Source: Acidobacteriota bacterium (lineage in GTDB: Bacteria; Acidobacteriota; Thermoanaerobaculia; Gp7-AA8). From it: DNA of 64,000 bases. The stretch lies in contig JAFATB010000023.1 of assembly GCA_019244185.1 (NCBI GenBank), positions 64,001-128,000 of the forward strand, written 5' to 3'. The notes beneath the pieces are model-generated. The model had not been told where the DNA came from and made no database searches. It saw nothing but the letters and a program-made list of their open reading frames with translations. A program made the translations under genes and the position numbers. Below are positions 57,718-64,000 of the stretch, in pieces (the first letter of the stretch is position 1; each line of letters starts with the position of its first letter).

Positions 57718-59550
57718 ATGATGAAACGCGCCGCCTGCCTCGCGATTCTTCTCGCCCAGCTCTTCGCCGTCGCCGCGTACGCCGATGCACTCGACGACCT
57801 CGCGGGACTCTGGAAGGCGAAGAAGCGCTTCGGCCCCGACGCGCGCGGCACGCTGCTGATCGAGAAGGATGGTGATGCATACATCGCCGACTTCGCCGGC
57901 TGGCGCGTGCCGCTGCGTGCCGACGGCGACGAGCTGACCTTCGCGCTGCCGAACGGCGCGGGCGACTTTCGCGGCAAGTTCGAGAACGGCAAGCTGCGCG
58001 GACACTGGATCAAAGCGGCCACGGCGGGGAACTCCGACCGCGCGGTGACGCCGGTGCTGCTCGCGCCCGACGGCGCGCAACGCTGGCGCGGCACCGTCGC
58101 GCCGCTCGAAGACGAATTCACGTTCTATCTGCTGCTGCAGAAACGCGCGGACGGCACGCTCGGCGCGCTGCTGCGCAATCCGGAGCGCGACGCCGGCACG
58201 TCGCAGTATCCGGCCGATCATCTGACGCGCGACGCCGCGAACGTGACGTTGATCGGCAAGCGCGGCGGCAAGGACGTCGAGGTCTCGCACGGGACGTACG
58301 ACGCGGAGCGCCAAGTCTTGACGTTCGTCTTTGCGGGGCGCGGCGGCACGTACGACTTCGAGCGCGAGGACGACCGCAGCGAGTTCTATCCGCGCGGCAA
58401 ACATCCGGCGCGTTACACGTACCACGCTCCGCCCGCGCTCGACGACGGCTGGCCGGTCGCGACGCTCGCGGATGCCGGCCTCTCGCGCGTCGCCGTCGAG
58501 CAGTTCATCCAGCACATCCTCGAGCTGCCGATGGAAGCGCCCGACGCCATTCAGCTCGACGGCATCCTCGTGGCGCGCCACGGCAAGCTCGTGCTCGAGG
58601 AGTACTTCCACGGCCAGAACCGCGAGCGCCTGCACGACACGCGCTCCGCCGCGAAGAGCCTCACCGCCGTCGTCATCGGCGCGGCGATGCAGGCGGGCGC
58701 GCCGTTGCATCTCGACAGCCGCGTGTACGAGGTGATGAACGCCGGCAAGTTTCCGAACGATCTCGAGCCGGCGAAGAAGACGATGACGCTCGAACATCTG
58801 CTCACGATGTCGTCCGGCTACTTCTGCGACGACACGAACGACGCGGCGCCCGGCAACGAAGAGACGATGACCGATCAGACCGAGGAGCCGGATTTCTATC
58901 GCTATACGCTGCGCGTGCCGCTGGTCACGCCGCCCGGCGAGAACTCCGTCTATTGCAGCGCGAGCCCGAACCTCGCCCTCGGCATGCTCGGCGCCGCGAC
59001 GAACGAGTCGCCGCTCTACGCCTTCGAGCGCCTCGTCGCCGCGCCGATGAAGATGACGCGCTACTCGTGGTTCCTCGACCCCGCGGGCCATCCGTACGGC
59101 GGCGGCGGCGCGCGCGTGCTCCCGCGCGACTTTCTGAAGCTCGGGCAGCTCATGCTCAACGGCGGTACGTGGGAAGGAAAGCGCATCCTCAGCCGCGAGT
59201 TCGCCGCGCGCGCGACCTCGCGCCTCTATCACCTGCGCAACGTCTACTACGGCTATCTCTGGTGGAACTTCGACTATCCGTACAAAGATCGCTTCTTGCA
59301 GGCGTACGCCGCCCTCGGCGCGGGCGGGCAGACGCTCACCGTCATCCCCGAGCTCGACCTCGTCGTCGGCACGTGGGCGGCGAACTACGGCAGCGGCTCC
59401 GGCACGCGCGAGGCGGGCACGAACCTCATCCCGCGCCTGCTGCTGCCGGCGGTGCTCGAGGCGGGCGACGATCCGAACACGTCGCTGCGCGAGCACGCGT
59501 TCAAGAATCCCTACGGGCCGTCGAAGGACGGCAGCCGCGTGAAGGAGTGA
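57718..59550 (+). CDS. Serine hydrolase, beta-lactamase-like family, with N-terminal extension
   Basis: Signal peptide, SAAK (SxxK), LLTMSSG, YCS, YGYLWW, ALGAGGQ. Confidence 0.88.
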   Translation: MMKRAACLAILLAQLFAVAAYADALDDLAGLWKAKKRFGPDARGTLLIEKDGDAYIADFAGWRVPLRADGDELTFALPNGAGDFRGKFENGKLRGHWIKAATAGNSDRAVTPVLLAPDGAQRWRGTVAPLEDEFTFYLLLQKRADGTLGALLRNPERDAGTSQYPADHLTRDAANVTLIGKRGGKDVEVSHGTYDAERQVLTFVFAGRGGTYDFEREDDRSEFYPRGKHPARYTYHAPPALDDGWPVATLADAGLSRVAVEQFIQHILELPMEAPDAIQLDGILVARHGKLVLEEYFHGQNRERLHDTRSAAKSLTAVVIGAAMQAGAPLHLDSRVYEVMNAGKFPNDLEPAKKTMTLEHLLTMSSGYFCDDTNDAAPGNEETMTDQTEEPDFYRYTLRVPLVTPPGENSVYCSASPNLALGMLGAATNESPLYAFERLVAAPMKMTRYSWFLDPAGHPYGGGGARVLPRDFLKLGQLMLNGGTWEGKRILSREFAARATSRLYHLRNVYYGYLWWNFDYPYKDRFLQAYAALGAGGQTLTVIPELDLVVGTWAANYGSGSGTREAGTNLIPRLLLPAVLEAGDDPNTSLREHAFKNPYGPSKDGSRVKE

Positions 59551-59551
59551 G

Positions 59552-60307
59552 CTACTTCTTCACGGTGCGCGCGAGATAGTCGCGGATGTGCGCATGCGTC
59601 TCGGGCGCACTCCAGAGTTCGCGCACGTCGCCGTCGAACTCCGCGGCGTAGTGTTTCGCGCGCGAGATCGCCGCATCGCGCAGCTGGCGCTTCGTCGCGG
59701 CGAATGCCTGCGCCGGCACCGACGCGAGCTGGCGCGCGACCGCGCTCGCGCGCGCGGGCAGCTCGTCGATGGCCACGACTTCGTCGACCAGACCGACGCG
59801 CAGCGCGTCGTCCGGCGGCAGCGTGCGGCCGCTGTAGATCAAGGCCTGCAGATGCTGCGGCGGGACGACGAAGCGCACCGCCTCGAGCACGCTCGGCGGA
59901 AACGGCACGCCGACGAGGAGCTCCGGCATGCCGATGCGGCCGTTGCCCTGCGCCATCAGCCGGTAGTCGCCGGCCAGCGTGAGGATGCAGCCGCCGGCGA
60001 TGGCGTGGCCGTTCGCCGCGACGACGAGCGGCTTCGGCAGCGCGAACACTTCGAGCAGCATGCGCGAGAGCGCGGGGACGAACTGCTCGGCGTACGCGCG
60101 TCCGCCGTCGGTGAGGCGGAAGAGATCGACGCCCGCCGAGAAGATCGAGCCGGTGCCAGTGAGGATCGCCACGCGGATGCTCTCGTCCGCCGCGACTTCC
60201 GCGAACGCGCGGGCGATGCCGTCGACGAGCTCGATATCCATCGCGCTCGCTTTTCCGTGCGCGAGGCGAAGCGTGGCGATGGAGTCGGCGTCGGTGCGTT
60301 CGATCAT
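59552..60307 (-). CDS. Enoyl-CoA hydratase/isomerase family protein
   Basis: FSAGVDL, NGHAIAGG, GMPE..VG, GLVDEV. Confidence 0.92.
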   Translation of the reverse strand: MIERTDADSIATLRLAHGKASAMDIELVDGIARAFAEVAADESIRVAILTGTGSIFSAGVDLFRLTDGGRAYAEQFVPALSRMLLEVFALPKPLVVAANGHAIAGGCILTLAGDYRLMAQGNGRIGMPELLVGVPFPPSVLEAVRFVVPPQHLQALIYSGRTLPPDDALRVGLVDEVVAIDELPARASAVARQLASVPAQAFAATKRQLRDAAISRAKHYAAEFDGDVRELWSAPETHAHIRDYLARTVKK

Positions 60308-60317
60308 GCCGCGGATT

Positions 60318-61766
60318 CTACTGGGCGCGCATCAGCTGCCGGTAGAAGCGGATCGCGTCGAAGTAGCCGCTCACCGCCACGCGCTCGTTCGTGCCGTGAA
60401 TGCGGTCGAGGTCGGGCTCGCGCAGCGGCAGCGGCACGAAGCGGTAGACGTTGCGCGTGAGCGGCTCGAAGTGACGCGAGTCGGTCGCGCCCATCAGCAG
60501 ATACGGCGCGACGAGCGCGTCGGGATCGACCGCGCGCACGGCGCGTTGCACGCGTTGGAACTGCGGCGCCGACGGATCCGCCACCGGCGACGGCTCCCAC
60601 GCCTCGCCGAAGAGACGCACGCGCGTGTGCGGATCATCGATCGCGCGGCGCACGTGCGCGACGACGTCCGCGATCGTGTCGCCCGGCAGGGTGCGGAAGT
60701 TGATGACGGCGCGCGCGTACGCGGGGATCACGTTGTCCTTCACGCCGCCGCCGATGATCGTCGGCGCGATGGTGGTGCGCAGCATGGCGTTGATCGAATG
60801 CGACTCCTTCGCCTGCAGCGCCAGCAGCGGCTCGAAGAGCCAGAGGTTCGCGAGGACGATGCGCGGCCCGAATGCCACCTCCGGCGCGAGCCAGCGGAAC
60901 ATCTCCGCCGCCGCGCCGCGCACGCCCGCGCGGAACGGCGCGTTCTGCACGCGGTCGACCGCGGCGGCGATCGCGCCGACTTCCGTGCGCGGCGGCGGCA
61001 TCGACGAGTGTCCGCCTTTGCCGCTCGCGCTCAGCTCGATGCTGGCGAGTCCCTTCTCCGCGATGCCGATGAGAGCGACCGGCTTGGTCGTTCCCTCGAT
61101 CGCACCGGTCATGATCGCGCCGCCTTCGTCGAGCACGGCGTCGAGCTTCACGCCGCGCGCGGCCAGCAGTTTCGCGATGCGCGCGGCGCCGCGCGAGCCG
61201 CCGAGCTCCTCGTCTTCGCCGAACGAGAAGAGGAGCGTCCGCCGCGGTCGCCATCCTTCGGCGAGCAGCGACTCCGCTGCTTCGAGGATCGCGATCACCG
61301 TCACCTTGTCGTCGAGCGTGCCGCGACCCCAGACGTAGCCGTTCGCGACCGCGCCGCTGAACGGCGGCTGCTCCCACCGCGACTCGGTGCCCGGCTCGAC
61401 CGGCACGACGTCGTAGTGACCCATCAGCAACTGCGGCGCGAGCGACGGATCGCTGCCGCGCCACGTGTAGAGCAAACTGCGCCCGACGACCTCGCGCTGC
61501 AGCGACGCATGCACGCGCGGATACGCCTGCGCGACCCAGGCGATGAACGCGGCGTGATCTGTCGGTTGATTTTGCTCTTCGAACGAGATCGTCCGGAACT
61601 GGATCGCGCGCGAGAACCGCTGCAACGCGAGCGTGCGATCGATCGTCAGCGGCGGCGCGGGCGTGGCCGGAAGCTGCCGCGACGCCAGCGCAAACGCGCG
61701 CGTGATGAGGATGCCGCCGAGGACGACGACGATCAGCAGCAGAATCGCGAGCAGCCGTTTGATCAC
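60318..61766 (-). CDS. M20 family metallopeptidase (carboxypeptidase S / PM20D1-like)
   Basis: GHYDVVP, WGRGTLDDK, DEE, LDEGG, GGHSS, IHGTNE; N-terminal anchor. Confidence 0.92.
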   Translation of the reverse strand: MIKRLLAILLLIVVVLGGILITRAFALASRQLPATPAPPLTIDRTLALQRFSRAIQFRTISFEEQNQPTDHAAFIAWVAQAYPRVHASLQREVVGRSLLYTWRGSDPSLAPQLLMGHYDVVPVEPGTESRWEQPPFSGAVANGYVWGRGTLDDKVTVIAILEAAESLLAEGWRPRRTLLFSFGEDEELGGSRGAARIAKLLAARGVKLDAVLDEGGAIMTGAIEGTTKPVALIGIAEKGLASIELSASGKGGHSSMPPPRTEVGAIAAAVDRVQNAPFRAGVRGAAAEMFRWLAPEVAFGPRIVLANLWLFEPLLALQAKESHSINAMLRTTIAPTIIGGGVKDNVIPAYARAVINFRTLPGDTIADVVAHVRRAIDDPHTRVRLFGEAWEPSPVADPSAPQFQRVQRAVRAVDPDALVAPYLLMGATDSRHFEPLTRNVYRFVPLPLREPDLDRIHGTNERVAVSGYFDAIRFYRQLMRAQ

Positions 61767-62587
61767 GCCGGCCGCGCCTCGATGTACGCCATCGGAATCG
61801 TCAGCGTGAGCGTGCCGTGCGCGTCGAGCCGCGTCCGCAGCTCGCGAAAGACGTCCTGCCGTTCTTCCCGCGCGACGTCTTTCCACGCTTCCAGAAAGCC
61901 GAGCTTGATGAAGTAATGGTCGAGCAGCGCCGTGCCGCTCGCGAAGCGCATCGTGCCGCGGCGCTCGACCACGCGGACGACGTGGAAGCCGCCGTCTTCG
62001 AGCAGCGTGCGCACGCTGTCGACGGTCGCGCGATGTTCGACGTGCTCGTGCAGGCGCTCGATGGCGCGTTCGTCGTTCCGCGCGCGCAGCACGTCTTCGA
62101 AGACGGCGTAGAACTCCTGCATGTGCCCCTGCAGGTTCGTCGTCAGCGCGAGCGTGGCGCCCTCGCGCGCGACGCGGCGGCATTCGCGGATCGCGCCGGC
62201 GCGGTCGTCGAAGTTGTTGAGGCCGAGGTTGGAGACGATGAGGTCGAAGGCCGCGTCGTCGAACAGCATCGACGACGCGCTGCCCTCGTGCAGCACGACG
62301 TTGGGCGTGCCGCGGTCGGCGAGCTTCTGCCGCGCGCGCTCGAGCGCGGCGGTCCACGGATCGAGGCCGTGCACGGTGGCCGCGGATCCGAGGCGATCGG
62401 CGAGCTCGATCAGTGGAAAGCCGGTGCCGCACCCAACGTCGAGCGCGTCGCGTACGTTCGCGAGCGGGACTTCATCGAGCAGCAGCAGGCCGAACATCGC
62501 CGACCAGAGCGGCAGCTCGTCATAGCTGCGGACGACCGCGGGCGACGAGAAGTCGGCGACGAAGTCGAGAAACGCGAGGTCGTCCAC
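61763..62587 (-). CDS. Class I SAM-dependent methyltransferase
   Basis: YDELPLWSA, LDVGCGTGFP, FDLIVSNLG. Confidence 0.88.
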   Translation of the reverse strand: MDDLAFLDFVADFSSPAVVRSYDELPLWSAMFGLLLLDEVPLANVRDALDVGCGTGFPLIELADRLGSAATVHGLDPWTAALERARQKLADRGTPNVVLHEGSASSMLFDDAAFDLIVSNLGLNNFDDRAGAIRECRRVAREGATLALTTNLQGHMQEFYAVFEDVLRARNDERAIERLHEHVEHRATVDSVRTLLEDGGFHVVRVVERRGTMRFASGTALLDHYFIKLGFLEAWKDVAREERQDVFRELRTRLDAHGTLTLTIPMAYIEARPA

Positions 62588-62652
62588 GCGTGCGATCGTA
62601 TCGCACGCGTGGAACGTCGCCCGCGAGGGCGCGTTAGAACAGGCGAAGCGCG

Positions 62653-63198
62653 TTAGAGGCCGGCGCGAATCTGGCGCGCGCGGTCGAGGTGGCTCGCCAC
62701 CGCGGCGCGCTGCGTCTCGAGGAGCGTGCGCATCTCGCCGCGCGAGGAGGGGATGAGCACCGTGTCCATCGTCGTGAGCAGCCACTGGTGCACGTCCACC
62801 TGCGACTGCATGTACATGCGGTCGAATGCCGCGCCGTTGTACGTCGCGAGGTTCGTGACCGTGCGCTGCGCGCCTTCGCGCAGCGTGCGCATCGTGTCGT
62901 TCTCCGCCGGCGTCACGTTGTTGCGCGCGAACGCGTCGCGCGCCGCCGTGAGTGCCGCGGTATGGTCGCTGACCATCATCTGCGCGAACGCGCGCACCTC
63001 GGCGGACGTCGCCCGCGGCGCGGCCGCCTGTCCTTCCTGAATCTCCCCTTCATTCGCCGTCGCGACGATCCCCGCGACGTCATTCGCCGATAGCGCGCCC
63101 GGCATCGTGGCCATGTTTGCGTTCGAGTGCATGCTCCCGCACGCGGTCGCCAGCCAGAGCATGGGCAGGCACAACAGAACGACTGTTCCCTTCTTCAT
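62653..63198 (-). CDS. DUF4142 family lipoprotein
   Basis: Lipobox ATAC, NEGEI, VRAFAQMMVSDH, FDRMYM, H..RA; AGGAGG RBS. Confidence 0.88.
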   Translation of the reverse strand: MKKGTVVLLCLPMLWLATACGSMHSNANMATMPGALSANDVAGIVATANEGEIQEGQAAAPRATSAEVRAFAQMMVSDHTAALTAARDAFARNNVTPAENDTMRTLREGAQRTVTNLATYNGAAFDRMYMQSQVDVHQWLLTTMDTVLIPSSRGEMRTLLETQRAAVASHLDRARQIRAGL

Positions 63199-63226
63199 TT
63201 CGCTGACTCCTCCTTCCACGCGTCGG

Positions 63227-63242
63227 AGCAAGCCCCGCGCCC
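63227..63242 (-). promoter_or_regulatory. Sigma54-like promoter of the DUF4142 gene
   Basis: Minus-strand GGGCGCGGGGCTTGCT (GG-N10-GC, TTGCT) upstream of the RBS. Confidence 0.55.
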
Positions 63243-63348
63243 GCTGTTGCGCGGCACGCAAACGCGTCCGAAGACCGGTAGCGAAGCAACCCCGAATGTT
63301 CGCAGCGGTTTTTGCGCGGTACGCGAACTGCAGGCATACAATGCCGTG

Positions 63349-63747
63349 ATGCCTCCGCCCTCCCCCTCGATCGGAGACAACCTCCGCCACGCCCGCTCGG
63401 AGCTCGGTCTTTCGCTCGCGAAAGTCGCCGCGCAGGCGGACATCAGCGTGGCCACGCTCTCGCGCATCGAGACCGACAAACAGAACCTCGACGTCGCCCT
63501 ACTCACGAAGCTCGCCCACATCCTCGGCACCGCCCCCGCGGCGCTCTTCGGACAAGCCGACGACGGCGACCGCACGAAAGTCACCCGCACCCTCGCCAGC
63601 CTCCCGCCGCGCGAACGCGCCCGCGTCTTCTTCGACGCCTCCCGCCGCGACGGCGTCTCGATCGACGACCTGCTGTCGATGATCGACGTCCTCCGCGACG
63701 AGCTCTCCCGCCTCCAGCGCAAGAGCCGCGTCCGCCGCCGGAACTGA
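63349..63747 (+). CDS. XRE-family helix-turn-helix regulator
   Basis: IGDNLRHARSELGLSLAKVA..ADISVATLSRIE. Confidence 0.85.
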   Translation: MPPPSPSIGDNLRHARSELGLSLAKVAAQADISVATLSRIETDKQNLDVALLTKLAHILGTAPAALFGQADDGDRTKVTRTLASLPPRERARVFFDASRRDGVSIDDLLSMIDVLRDELSRLQRKSRVRRRN

Positions 63748-63781
63748 CCGCGCGCCGCGTGCTAGAATCGCGGTCCCTCAA

Positions 63782-63857
63782 GCGGGCATAGCTCAGTTGG
63801 TAGAGTAGGAGCTTCCCAAGCTCTTGGTCGCGGGTTCGAATCCCGTTGCCCGCTCCA
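63782..63857 (+). tRNA. tRNA-Gly (CCC)
   Basis: 76-nt cloverleaf: acceptor GCGGGCA/TGCCCGC, anticodon loop TTCCCAA, T-loop TTCGAAT, encoded CCA. Confidence 0.97.
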
Positions 63858-64000
63858 ATCGATCCACGCTATCGCCTGCCGGCATTGCCACGCCCGCAGC
63901 TCGATGAACACGCACTACTCACATTCATCGATCTCGCGAAGGGCGCGGCGCCGGTCGGCGTCGTTACCGCGCCTGCGCGCAATGTCCGCTGCCGTGGCGA

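Noticed and set aside
63860-64000. Hairpin CGATGAA...TTCATCG downstream of tRNA-Gly and a possible island boundary
   Set aside because: Short stem with a large loop, and the window ends before any context is visible.

Overview
High-GC (roughly 70% by eye), gene-dense bacterial chromosome segment. Gene content (Ser/Thr kinase-TolB-like fusion, sigma54 systems, DUF4142, TIGR04290-type methyltransferase) suggests a soil Acidobacterium or similar, but this is inference. I support about 66 CDS, two tRNAs (Glu-CTC, Gly-CCC), one pseudogene, two type II toxin-antitoxin pairs (mazEF, hicAB), a molybdate ABC transporter with fused ModA-ModB, an NtrYX-like two-component operon and a 14 kb surface-polysaccharide locus. 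I saw no CRISPR array, prophage, integrase or transposase. Best leads: (1) a clan GH-A glycoside hydrolase that appears circularly permuted, in an ino1/HD/methyltransferase cluster; (2) mazEF bracketed by a 25-bp direct repeat and hicAB bracketed by inverted repeats, both without mobility genes; (3) a dispersed set of sigma54 promoters in front of stress or dormancy-type genes; (4) a recurrent leaderless -10/start-codon architecture. Family assignments come from motif recognition by eye, not database searches. Many start codons were refined from the ORF track.
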